A DNA stretch of 64,000 nt, from positions 12,271-76,270 of the forward strand of contig CAZKVU010000002.1 of NCBI GenBank assembly GCA_964556475.1, in the 5' to 3' direction. A model generated the notes under the pieces. It searched no databases and was not told where the DNA came from. It saw nothing but the letters and a program-made list of their open reading frames with translations. Both the position numbers and the translations under genes were made by a program. Origin of the DNA: an uncultured Gammaproteobacteria bacterium (lineage in GTDB: Bacteria > Patescibacteriota > Microgenomatia > UBA1406 > HO2-37-13b). The stretch's first letter is position 1; every line of letters begins with the position of its first letter. Positions 35,172-44,824 of the stretch are shown piece after piece.

Positions 35172-36833
35172 ATGACTCGCTTGAGGTCAATTTTAGTGAT
35201 ATATTTTATTCTGATTTTTGCCATTATTTGTAAGCTTTTCTATATTCAGATTTTTTCCGGAGATGCATACTCGCCAAATAATTACCTGCAAACTGAGAGA
35301 ATTACGCCTGACCGTGGTCAAATTTTTGATCGTCATGGAGAGCCGTTTGTTATAAATGAGACACGATATCTGTTATATGCAGAACCTCAAAACATCGAAA
35401 GTAAGGGAGATACAATTTATAAGATTGACAGAGTACTTAATATTGGCGAAGCTACACTAGAGGCAAAACTTGATACAAAAAAATTATGGGTGCGTGTCCA
35501 AGACAACATTTCAGAAAAACAGAAAAAACAGATTGACGCACTTAATCTTGCCGGAATTGGTTTTGATGAGCATGCGGAACGTTTTTACCCCGAGGCCTCT
35601 CTGGCAGCCCATTTGCTTGGTTTTGTTGGTAAAGATGTTGATGGTGATTCAGTTGGGTATTTTGGAATCGAGGGGTATTACAACAAAGATCTCGAAGGTC
35701 TCCCAGGTATTTTTAAAACTGAAAGAGATGTATTGGGGAGGCCTATTTTTATTGGTACCCAAGATAGATTAAAGGGCGAAAATGGACGAAAACTCGTATT
35801 AACAATTGACAAGAGATCTCAAAGTCTTGTTAAACGTAAACTGCTTGAGGGGATAGAAAAATATCAAGCACAAAGTGGATGTATTATTGTTGCAAAACCT
35901 CAAACAATGGAGATTCTTGCTTTATCATGTGTGCCTGATTTTGCATCCAAGGAGTATTTCAATTATTCAGAAAGTTATTTTAAGAATCCTGTGATATCCA
36001 ACACATTTGAGCCCGGTTCAATTTTTAAACCGCTTATTGTTGCAGCTGCGCTTCAGGAGAATAAAGTTAAGCCGGATGACATTATTAACGAATCTGGTCC
36101 GATTCCATTTGGAGGTCATTATATCCGCACATGGAATGACGAATATCATGGAAAAATAACAGTAACAAAGGTACTGCAAAATTCGTCGAATGTCGGCATG
36201 GTTAAAATAGGTGAAAAACTCGATAATAAAAAATTGCTTGAGTATATTCAGAATTTTGGCTTCGGTGAAAAAACAGGCATTGATTTACAAGGAGAAGCCC
36301 GAGCACCAGTAAAAGCATTCAAGCAGTGGTACCCAATAGATTTTGCTGCCGCAACATTCGGGCAAGGTATTGCTGTAACCCCAATACAAATGATTACTGG
36401 ATTTGCCTCTGTTATTAACGGGGGCAAACTTATGAAACCTTATGTGGTTAAGGAAATGGTAACCGAAACTGGGAAAACAGAAAAAATTCAGCCAAAAGTT
36501 ATCAGACAGGTTATTAGTGAGAAAAATTCGAAAAAAATGAAAACAATGCTCGAGGCTGTTGTAAAAGGTGGAGAGGCACATTGGAAGGTCCCTGAGGGAT
36601 ATCGATTTGGTGGAAAAACAGGCACTGCACAGATTGCATTTTCAGGATCGTATGATCCATCAAAAACAAATGCATCATTTATTGGATTCGCCCCAGTCGA
36701 AGATCCACAGTTTATAATGTTAGTAATGCTTCATGAACCAGCTGCCTCACCGTGGGCCTCAGAAACAGCAGCGCCATTGTTCTTTGACGTGGCTAAGGAT
36801 TTACTCGTTCAGTATAATATTGCACCAAGATAA
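35172..36833 (+). CDS. ftsI: Penicillin-binding protein, class B transpeptidase (FtsI/PBP2-type)
   Basis: N-terminal TM with SxxK (SIFKP), SSN and KTGT motifs. Confidence 0.9.
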   Translation: MTRLRSILVIYFILIFAIICKLFYIQIFSGDAYSPNNYLQTERITPDRGQIFDRHGEPFVINETRYLLYAEPQNIESKGDTIYKIDRVLNIGEATLEAKLDTKKLWVRVQDNISEKQKKQIDALNLAGIGFDEHAERFYPEASLAAHLLGFVGKDVDGDSVGYFGIEGYYNKDLEGLPGIFKTERDVLGRPIFIGTQDRLKGENGRKLVLTIDKRSQSLVKRKLLEGIEKYQAQSGCIIVAKPQTMEILALSCVPDFASKEYFNYSESYFKNPVISNTFEPGSIFKPLIVAAALQENKVKPDDIINESGPIPFGGHYIRTWNDEYHGKITVTKVLQNSSNVGMVKIGEKLDNKKLLEYIQNFGFGEKTGIDLQGEARAPVKAFKQWYPIDFAAATFGQGIAVTPIQMITGFASVINGGKLMKPYVVKEMVTETGKTEKIQPKVIRQVISEKNSKKMKTMLEAVVKGGEAHWKVPEGYRFGGKTGTAQIAFSGSYDPSKTNASFIGFAPVEDPQFIMLVMLHEPAASPWASETAAPLFFDVAKDLLVQYNIAPR

Positions 36834-36845
36834 TCAAAACATACC

Positions 36846-38027
36846 ATGTGGCAATCACTTAAAAATATATACCATCTCAGCGGCGCAATTATAGCGAGCA
36901 TTATATATGGCTTTCCTAGTAAAGATCTTAAAGTCATTGGCGTAACAGGAACTGATGGTAAGACAACAACGAGTCATATGATTTATCATATCCTCAAAGA
37001 ATCGGGTCGAAAAGTTTCGCTTACTTCCTCAGTTTATGCTGATATTGCGGGTGATATTTCTGATACCGGACTTCATGTTACAACTCAAAGCCATTGGGAT
37101 ATTCAGAAAAATCTTCGTAAGGCAGCTCAGCATGGAGATGAATTTTTTGTACTTGAAACAACATCTCATGGTATTGATCAACACCGAAATTGGGGAATCA
37201 AGTATGTGGCAAGTGCGTTGACAAATGTAACGCATGAACACCTTGATTATCACAAAACGTATGAACGCTACCTGTCCACCAAAGTGAAGCTACTTCTGGC
37301 ATCAAAAGTTTCAGCCGTTAATATGGATGACAGCTCATACTCCCTTGTTAAAGCTATACTTGACAAGCATCAACATTCATTTAAGACGTATTCTCTGACA
37401 AAAACCTCAGCCGACTTAAATTGGGATCAAGCCCATATTTCATCACATCTCGATCAAGATTTTAATAAACAGAATATGCTGGCTGCCTATTTGGTCTGTA
37501 GGGAAATTGGAATACCAGAAGAAGATATTCGATCATCATTAGAAACATTTACGTTGCCAAAGGGAAGGTTTGAGCTTGTATACGATGGTGATTTTAAAGT
37601 CATGATTGATTTTGCGCATACGCCACATTCTATTCGCACGTTACTCCAGACTCTTAAAAAAAATACTCAAGGTAGAATTATTCATGTTTTTGGATCTGCT
37701 GGCCTAAGGGACTATAAGAAGCGACCTGATATGGGGCGGGCTAGCGCTGAATACGCTGATATTGTCATTCTAACAGAGGAGGATTACAGGACCGAAGATA
37801 TAGAAAAAATTAATAATGCAGTTGAGCTTGGCTTCAAAGAGCAGGGTTTTTCAGCTTATACTATGATTTCGGACCGTCAGGAGGCCATAAAACATGCAAT
37901 TGAGCTCGCTGGCAAACATGATGTGGTTGTGCTAACCGGTAAGAGCCATGAAAAGAGCATTGCTCGAGGTAAAAAGGAGTATCCATGGGATGAGTTTGAA
38001 GCTGTAAGGAAAGTTTTACCCAAATAG
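36846..38027 (+). CDS. murE: Mur ligase, MurE-like, lacking the N-terminal UDP-binding domain
   Basis: The P-loop GVTGTDGKTTT already appears at aa 32. LETTSHGIDQHR, TNVTHEHLDYH and DFAHTP motifs are present. EEDYRTED replaces the DNPR-type motif. Confidence 0.6.
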   Translation: MWQSLKNIYHLSGAIIASIIYGFPSKDLKVIGVTGTDGKTTTSHMIYHILKESGRKVSLTSSVYADIAGDISDTGLHVTTQSHWDIQKNLRKAAQHGDEFFVLETTSHGIDQHRNWGIKYVASALTNVTHEHLDYHKTYERYLSTKVKLLLASKVSAVNMDDSSYSLVKAILDKHQHSFKTYSLTKTSADLNWDQAHISSHLDQDFNKQNMLAAYLVCREIGIPEEDIRSSLETFTLPKGRFELVYDGDFKVMIDFAHTPHSIRTLLQTLKKNTQGRIIHVFGSAGLRDYKKRPDMGRASAEYADIVILTEEDYRTEDIEKINNAVELGFKEQGFSAYTMISDRQEAIKHAIELAGKHDVVVLTGKSHEKSIARGKKEYPWDEFEAVRKVLPK

Positions 38028-38040
38028 ATCATCATTCATT

Positions 38041-38793
38041 ATGGTGCTTAAAATTGTTTCGATTAATGTTAACCACGGCGGTGAACAAATATATGAGCTT
38101 GAACAATTTATTCGTGAGGAAAATCCAGATATTATCTTCATTCAAGAGGCATATAATTCGCTGAATGAAGCAAAAGAAAAGCGACTTCAAACTGTTCGAT
38201 TATTTAGTGAATGGATAGGAACTGACTATAATGCCTTTCAAGCGGCATATCATGATGGAGATGTTGCAGTTGACCGAGGAAGCGCAATTATTTCCCGTTT
38301 TCCAGTAATTGAATCGGGTGGTATCGTTTTCAACAGTCCATATACAACTATCTACAATGAGGTCAGTCTTGGAGATTGGAGTAACCAGCCGCGTGTATTG
38401 CAAACTGCAACTGTCGAAATTAATAAAAACAGACTCCATTTGATAAATATCCATGGAGTATGGGATTTTCATGGCAAAGACAGTGAGCGCAGACATGCCC
38501 AGAGTAGACGTATTCTTGAATTGGCTGCCGATAAGTCACCACTTATTATTGCTGGTGATTTTAATATGAATCCGGATACACAAGCGATTCGCTTTCTGGA
38601 AGAATCATATAAATCGGTATTCGGAAATGAGCTGAAAACTACATTTAATATGAAAAAGAAAAGCAATCCTGATTTCGGAAGCGCGGTTGTAGATTTAATG
38701 TTTGTAACGAAAGATATAACAATCATGAGTAAGAAGTGCCCTGAAGTTGACATTTCAGACCATTTACCGCTTATCGTGGAAATTAAAATATGA
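38041..38793 (+). CDS. Endonuclease/exonuclease/phosphatase (EEP) family protein, paralog A
   Basis: IIFIQE near the N-terminus, GDFN, and the C-terminal DISDHLPL. Its stop overlaps the pgeF start (ATGA). Confidence 0.65.
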   Translation: MVLKIVSINVNHGGEQIYELEQFIREENPDIIFIQEAYNSLNEAKEKRLQTVRLFSEWIGTDYNAFQAAYHDGDVAVDRGSAIISRFPVIESGGIVFNSPYTTIYNEVSLGDWSNQPRVLQTATVEINKNRLHLINIHGVWDFHGKDSERRHAQSRRILELAADKSPLIIAGDFNMNPDTQAIRFLEESYKSVFGNELKTTFNMKKKSNPDFGSAVVDLMFVTKDITIMSKKCPEVDISDHLPLIVEIKI

Positions 38794-39458
38794 TTATTCT
38801 GAACAAAGATAATTATTTTACTTCTAATACTTTCTCAAAAGAAGTCTTGAATGGATTTGGGACTATTAACTCCATTGAGCTTAGCCGTGTCACCTCGCTA
38901 CAGGGGTATAACCGAAAACACATGTCACAGATTCATAGTGGAGACATACATGAAGTACGCGATGAGGCCGAAAGTATGCAAGAATGTGATGGCCTGTTTA
39001 CTAATAAAAAAAACATAGCTCTCCTTATTAAAACCGCAGACTGTCTGCCTGTTTTGTTTTATGACCCTGAAAAAAAATACATTGGAGCAGCTCATGCCGG
39101 TTGGAAAGGAACTGTTGCTAGAATTTGTGAGAACATGATACGCATATTTCATTCACATGGGAGTTTGTTGCAGAATATTAAAGTAGCTATTGGGCCGGGA
39201 ATCGGCGCTTGTTCTTATGACATTTTCGGTGAAAGAATGAAAATTATTCAATCTGCATTTCCACAGTGGCCAGAAGCATATCAAAACAATAAGTTAAATT
39301 TACTCTTGCTTAATTACCGACAGATGATTTCACAAGGAATAAGCCCAAACAATATTGATTATTTTCCGTTTTGCACAGCATGTGATTCTCAACGATTTTA
39401 TTCGTATAATAGAGATAGAACCTCCGACAGAATGTATAGTTATATAGCGCTAAAATGA
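38790..39458 (+). CDS. pgeF: Peptidoglycan editing factor PgeF / YfiH (DUF152, laccase-domain) family
   Basis: QIHSGDIHEV, CDGLFT, KTADCLPVLF and AAHAGWKGT motifs. Confidence 0.75.
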   Translation: MIILNKDNYFTSNTFSKEVLNGFGTINSIELSRVTSLQGYNRKHMSQIHSGDIHEVRDEAESMQECDGLFTNKKNIALLIKTADCLPVLFYDPEKKYIGAAHAGWKGTVARICENMIRIFHSHGSLLQNIKVAIGPGIGACSYDIFGERMKIIQSAFPQWPEAYQNNKLNLLLLNYRQMISQGISPNNIDYFPFCTACDSQRFYSYNRDRTSDRMYSYIALK

Positions 39459-40864
39459 GCTCACATCAAAACATATATCTTGTAGGAATAAAGGGTGTCG
39501 GTATGACGTCACTTGCTCTCTATCTTAAATCGCGAGGTAAGAATGTATGGGGCTCTGATGTTGAGGAGGTATTTCCTACAGATTCAGTACTGCATGAACA
39601 TAATATTAAGATTCTCAATGGATTTTCTGAGGACCACATAACTGATGATATTGATCTTCTAATTACAACAGGAGCTCATGGTGGATTGAATAACAAGGAG
39701 GTTATTCAGGCACGTGACAAAGGTATTCATGTTATGACTCAGGCTGAAGAAGTCGGCCATATTATGCAGTCATATAAAACATCGATCTCTGTTTGCGGAA
39801 GTCATGGGAAAACAACAACGAGTTCAATGCTGGCATTTGTATTGAATAAGCTTGGATTATTTTCAAGTCATATTATTGGTGCTCCAGACTTTTCAGGTCT
39901 ACCAGGAGGATTATTCAAAGGTGAAGAGTACCTTGTTGCTGAATCAGATGAATATGTGAATTCACCTGGCATTGATAATACACCTCGATTTCTCTTTCAG
40001 CACCCAACACATATTATTTGTACAAATATCGAGCACGATCATCCCGATGTGTACCCTGACCTTGAGAGTGTTGAAAAGGCTTTTTCAGATTTTTTCATAC
40101 AATGCGATAAAGATGGTGGAACTGTCATATTCAATGCTGATGCTGAAAATGTTGTGCGATTATGTTCATCGCTTACATCTGCAATTTCAGTTGGATATGA
40201 CGAAAATGCAACTTACCGAATCTCTGACGTTGAGCAACAGGAACGAGAAACAGTTTTTACCCTTATGAAAGGGAATGAGGATATCGGAACCTACACTGTT
40301 TCAGTTCCTGGTAAGCACAATGTATTTAACTCAGCCTGTGTTGTTGCTCTTTGTCATCTATTAGAGTTTGATATGGAGAAAGTTCAGATGACATTAAGAC
40401 GTTTTGAAGGGGCTAGAAGACGTTTTGAAATAAAATATCGGAAGGGAAATACATATCTAATTGATGACTATGCACATCATCCAACAGAGCTTCATGCTTT
40501 GATTGAGGCTGCTCGATCGCGATTTCCTGATAGAAAAATTATTTTACTTTTTCAGCCGCATACATATTCACGAACTAAGGAACTGTTCTCAGAGTTTATT
40601 GAAGCATTATCACATGCTGATATATCGTATGTTTTTGATATTTTTGCTTCAGCACGAGAGGCGACAGATAATTCTGTGAGTTCTCAGCGGCTTTGTGATG
40701 AAGCACATTCAAAAGGCTACGATCATATTCGATATGTTCCACAAGGTGAAATTGAATCCATACTCCAGAATTCAATCAAGGAGAACAATATTGTAATTAC
40801 TGCTGGAGCCGGAGATATTTATCAGCATCACCCTGCTATAATAGGAATAATTTCACAGCTGTGA
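39455..40864 (+). CDS. murC: UDP-N-acetylmuramate--L-alanine ligase
   Basis: IYLVGIKGVGMTSLA Rossmann N-terminus, GSHGKTTTSSM P-loop, and DDYAHHPTE. Confidence 0.9.
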   Translation: MSSHQNIYLVGIKGVGMTSLALYLKSRGKNVWGSDVEEVFPTDSVLHEHNIKILNGFSEDHITDDIDLLITTGAHGGLNNKEVIQARDKGIHVMTQAEEVGHIMQSYKTSISVCGSHGKTTTSSMLAFVLNKLGLFSSHIIGAPDFSGLPGGLFKGEEYLVAESDEYVNSPGIDNTPRFLFQHPTHIICTNIEHDHPDVYPDLESVEKAFSDFFIQCDKDGGTVIFNADAENVVRLCSSLTSAISVGYDENATYRISDVEQQERETVFTLMKGNEDIGTYTVSVPGKHNVFNSACVVALCHLLEFDMEKVQMTLRRFEGARRRFEIKYRKGNTYLIDDYAHHPTELHALIEAARSRFPDRKIILLFQPHTYSRTKELFSEFIEALSHADISYVFDIFASAREATDNSVSSQRLCDEAHSKGYDHIRYVPQGEIESILQNSIKENNIVITAGAGDIYQHHPAIIGIISQL

Positions 40865-40873
40865 AACGACACT

Positions 40874-41794
40874 ATGAACACTCTTGATGAATTGGAAATG
40901 AAACTTGGCGCTGGACGAGTAAGGCACAATGTTACGTTAGCACCATATACGACTTTTAAAATTGGTGGTCCGGCTGAGTATTATTTTCAGGCTCTGACTG
41001 AAGAAGATATTATTAAGGCAGCTAAAACAGCTCATGAACTTCATTTACCGCTTCATATGCTCGGAGGTGTATCAAATGTGGTAATAGGAGATAAAGGACT
41101 ATCTGGACTATCAGTGAGAAATATATATAGCCAGAAAAAGATTATTGAGGAAACGAAAGATGAGGTATGGCTGCAAGTAAGTTCAGGCTATAACATGACC
41201 CGCTTGGCGCATGAGACAGCTGAAGAAGGACTTGAAGGATTTGAATATCATGCAGGATTACCAGGTACTCTTGGCGGTGCATTATTTATGAATTCAAAGT
41301 GGACTGCTCATCCGCCAATTCATTACACTGGAGATGATCTGATTAAGGCTTCCCTGGTAAATCATACTGGCGAGGTTCGAGAAGAACCACACGAATATTT
41401 TCAATTTGCATATGACTATAGCATTCTTCAACAAACAAAAGAAATTGTTTTGTGGGCCTTGTTTAAATTAAAAAAGAAGGATCCAAAGATACTCGTAAGT
41501 AGAACAAAGGAAGCTCTTGAATACCGAAAGAAAACGCAACCATTTGCTGTTGCAACATCAGGATGTTTTTTTCAGAACATTGATGGACAGTCAGCTGGGA
41601 AGCTTATCGACGAATTAGGATTAAAGGGTTTACAGGTGGGCGGTGCACGGGTATCTGAAATTCATGCAAACTTTATCATTAATGATGGATCCGCAAAAGC
41701 TGAAGATGTCAAAATGCTTGTCCAGGAAATTAAGAGAATTGTTAAAGAAAAAAGAGGTATTGATTTAAAAGAAGAAGTTATTATTCTAAATTAA
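40874..41794 (+). CDS. murB: UDP-N-acetylenolpyruvoylglucosamine reductase
   Basis: TTFKIGGPAEYY FAD-binding N-terminus, SGCFFQN, and GGARVSEIHANFIIN. Confidence 0.9.
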   Translation: MNTLDELEMKLGAGRVRHNVTLAPYTTFKIGGPAEYYFQALTEEDIIKAAKTAHELHLPLHMLGGVSNVVIGDKGLSGLSVRNIYSQKKIIEETKDEVWLQVSSGYNMTRLAHETAEEGLEGFEYHAGLPGTLGGALFMNSKWTAHPPIHYTGDDLIKASLVNHTGEVREEPHEYFQFAYDYSILQQTKEIVLWALFKLKKKDPKILVSRTKEALEYRKKTQPFAVATSGCFFQNIDGQSAGKLIDELGLKGLQVGGARVSEIHANFIINDGSAKAEDVKMLVQEIKRIVKEKRGIDLKEEVIILN

Positions 41795-41801
41795 CAAATC
41801 G

Positions 41802-43376
41802 TTATTGATTCACCTTGAATAAGGTTATTTCCTTTCCAGAGTAAAGTACCTCAGTTTTCTGTTTGATTTTTTTAGAGTAGCCTGAGATGGAGCTGTCGAT
41901 TGTTAAATAATCTATACCATTTGTAAATTCCTTCGGATATTGAGCCTTGGTATCACAAATACTGGTTATTTTTCTAAACTCAATAACATGAGGTGAAAAA
42001 AAGAAATGACCATAAGGTGGCTTCTGTGATGTAAGAGCGGAAATGGCATACTCGAAATCACCGCTCATTAAGGATTCATTACAATCTTTAAGATATAAAA
42101 AAGTACCGCTTGGCTCTTTTTTTAGCAATTCAATTATATGTGCTTGATCTTGTGTAAGTATTGATGGAGCGCGATGTTCGATAAGGAGAGATTCAGTGAT
42201 TTTATTAACTGCAATCATATTATCGAGAAGACCAATGGCGAGGCAGAAGTACAAGAATATATTAATTGCCTGTTTCCATTTTAAATCTGCTTGACTGAGA
42301 AACACAGAAGCGACAATGACGAGGAACATAAATGGATATGCACGAGACCAATGCGCAGGCTGAGGAATTTTATTAGTAACAATAAAACTAAAACTCATAG
42401 CAACACAAAAAATGGCCACCGAAGCAAACATAAAGACCTTTTGTCGATCATACTTATGGTGAGTTTTGTAGGAGGTAGCCAATCCAATGATCAAGAGCGC
42501 CACAGGAAACGACAGAGCTATGAGATATGTAAGCGGCTGAACTACAAAGTTAGCATCGAGATAAATTTTATTCAAGAAAGCAGCATCAAGAGAGTGCTGC
42601 GGTAGGAAAACCGCATAGAGGTAGCTTGATCCAGCCGTTAGCATAATAATGCTGATAATTTCAGAAATATATAACTGCAGATTTTTTTTCTTCTCAAAAA
42701 TTATTGGATATGCTATCCATGCAGCAATAGCGACACCAAATGTAATTGAGGTGAAAGGGTGAAGCAATGCTAAAATTGAAGCAATAACAAGCAAAATTTT
42801 CCTTTTTTTATTCACGAGCGCATACAATCCCATAAAGAAGATTGCATGGTACATTATCTCTACCGAAGTGATCTGATTGAGCAAATTATTAAGTCCCCAC
42901 CAAGCAGTGTTAATCGCCTGGTTTCCATATGTAATATTAAAATATATTGCTATAAAACTCATTCCTCCACCAAACAGCATGAGTGCAATTTCCTGCCACT
43001 TCAATTTAAGATTTTCGGCGATACGAAGTAAAAAGTACGTCGACAGGTAGAGCCAAAATGAGCTCATTGCTATATCAAATGTAAAAAGATTTTTGCTAAA
43101 TAATGGATAAAATGGCATAAGAAAAAGAGCATTTAGACTAAAAAGTGAGGGCTGCTGGTCAAAGGTTCCAAAAGGGTTATGGAAAAGGATGCCATTTCCA
43201 GCTCTAAAAAGTTCTTGAACAAAAGAATAATGATAAAAGCCATCGTATGAAATAAGACCCCCATCAACAAATCCATGAGACTCGAAGGAGTTATGAAGGA
43301 AAAAGCGGACTGCTAAGTAGACGAACACAGAAGTTATTGCCCAAAGATGTATCGAATAACGTTTCATTGGCTTCAT
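41802..43376 (-). CDS. Polytopic membrane protein with a C-terminal soluble domain, unknown function
   Basis: 524 aa with more than 10 predicted TM helices by eye. It is the only reverse-strand gene inside the dcw/PG super-cluster. Confidence 0.5.
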   Translation of the reverse strand: MKPMKRYSIHLWAITSVFVYLAVRFFLHNSFESHGFVDGGLISYDGFYHYSFVQELFRAGNGILFHNPFGTFDQQPSLFSLNALFLMPFYPLFSKNLFTFDIAMSSFWLYLSTYFLLRIAENLKLKWQEIALMLFGGGMSFIAIYFNITYGNQAINTAWWGLNNLLNQITSVEIMYHAIFFMGLYALVNKKRKILLVIASILALLHPFTSITFGVAIAAWIAYPIIFEKKKNLQLYISEIISIIMLTAGSSYLYAVFLPQHSLDAAFLNKIYLDANFVVQPLTYLIALSFPVALLIIGLATSYKTHHKYDRQKVFMFASVAIFCVAMSFSFIVTNKIPQPAHWSRAYPFMFLVIVASVFLSQADLKWKQAINIFLYFCLAIGLLDNMIAVNKITESLLIEHRAPSILTQDQAHIIELLKKEPSGTFLYLKDCNESLMSGDFEYAISALTSQKPPYGHFFFSPHVIEFRKITSICDTKAQYPKEFTNGIDYLTIDSSISGYSKKIKQKTEVLYSGKEITLFKVNQ

Positions 43377-43426
43377 TGTAGCATACCCTATGAGCTGTCT
43401 TAATAGCTTTTTTAACTATATCAAAG

Positions 43427-43432
43427 TATAAT
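43427..43432 (+). promoter_or_regulatory. -10 element TATAAT, 6 nt upstream of the murA GTG start
   Basis: TATAAT at 43427-43432 and GTG at 43439. Confidence 0.4.
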
Positions 43433-43438
43433 AGAGAT

Positions 43439-44779
43439 GTGGAAGACGCGTTCATTATTAATGGTGGAAAGCCTCTTAAAGGCGACATTTTTCTTTCAGG
43501 AGCAAAGAATGTAGCGCTTAAGGTGCTTATTGCTGCTTTGCTCTATAATAAGCCAATTACCTTTCACAATATCCCTCGCTTAAAGGATATTGACGAACTT
43601 ATACATTTGATCAATGAGCTTGGTGGCTATGCGGCTTTTACTGGTGAAAAGGATGTTGTTATTGACGCTCGAAACCTTTCGAAAGATACTGTTGATTTGT
43701 TACATGGTTCAAAAATTCGGGTGTCATTCATGTTATTTGCACCACTTCTTCACAAGTTCGGCAAGGCAACTATCCCGAATCCAGGAGGATGCCGCCTTGG
43801 TGCCCGACCGATTGATCGCCATATTAAACTTTTACAGGCGTTTGGTGTGCAAGTCGACTACGATTCCTCAACAGGTTATTATAATGCCTCTCTTAATGGT
43901 CATGCCTTTAAAGGTGCAGAATATGAATTCGATAAGCCTTCTCATACAGGAACAGAACTCTCGTTGCTCATTGCCTCAGTTGCTGAGGGAGAATCAACAA
44001 TTAAAAATGCTGCACAAGAGCCAGAGGTAGATGATTTAATTCGATTACTCAATATGTCTGGTGCACATATTCAGAGGCAAGGAAGCGATATTGTTATTCA
44101 ACCAACAGCTCAATTAGATATTCCAGAAGGTGAATTTACCATAATGTGTGACAGATTAAACGCTGCAGCATTTGGTGTTTTCGCTATTGCAACAAAAGGA
44201 GATATAATTGTACATGGTCTTGATGCTCAGTTTGTTACTGATTTTACTGATAAGCTACAGGAAGCAGGTGGCGGCTTCGAGGCCGGTGATAAAACGCTAA
44301 GGTTTTATTACAAAGGTGAACTAAAATCGACTGACATTGTGACGACGCCACACCCTGGTTTTAATACTGATACCCAGGGTCCCTGGGCTATTCTTATGAC
44401 ACAGGCTCATGGAGTATCAACCATTCATGAAACAGTCTTTGAAAATCGATTTGGCTATGTTCAAGAGCTTCAAAAACTAGGAGCGCACATTGAATTTTTT
44501 CAGCCAGAAGTATCAAGTCCTCATGATTTGTATCAGTTTAATATTACAAGTGATGATGAGTTGCATGCACTTAATCAGGCAATACGGATTACCGGGCCAA
44601 CACATTTACATAATGGTGTTTTAAGAGCGAGCGACATTCGGGCTGGTGCGAGTCTCGTTATTGCAGCGTGCGTTGCAGAGGGCGAGTCGGTTATTTTAGG
44701 TGCATCGATTATAGACAGAGGATACGATTCACTAGAAAAAGATTTGCAATCAATTGGTGCAGATATTCGCAGAGTTTAA
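43439..44779 (+). CDS. murA: UDP-N-acetylglucosamine 1-carboxyvinyltransferase
   Basis: GGKPLKGDIFLSGAKNVALKVLIAALL and the catalytic-loop PNPGGCRLGARPIDRH. Confidence 0.92.
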   Translation: MEDAFIINGGKPLKGDIFLSGAKNVALKVLIAALLYNKPITFHNIPRLKDIDELIHLINELGGYAAFTGEKDVVIDARNLSKDTVDLLHGSKIRVSFMLFAPLLHKFGKATIPNPGGCRLGARPIDRHIKLLQAFGVQVDYDSSTGYYNASLNGHAFKGAEYEFDKPSHTGTELSLLIASVAEGESTIKNAAQEPEVDDLIRLLNMSGAHIQRQGSDIVIQPTAQLDIPEGEFTIMCDRLNAAAFGVFAIATKGDIIVHGLDAQFVTDFTDKLQEAGGGFEAGDKTLRFYYKGELKSTDIVTTPHPGFNTDTQGPWAILMTQAHGVSTIHETVFENRFGYVQELQKLGAHIEFFQPEVSSPHDLYQFNITSDDELHALNQAIRITGPTHLHNGVLRASDIRAGASLVIAACVAEGESVILGASIIDRGYDSLEKDLQSIGADIRRV

Positions 44780-44824
44780 ATAATGGAGTAGCATTGAAAT
44801 TGTTTCACTACTAGAATTAAAAAT

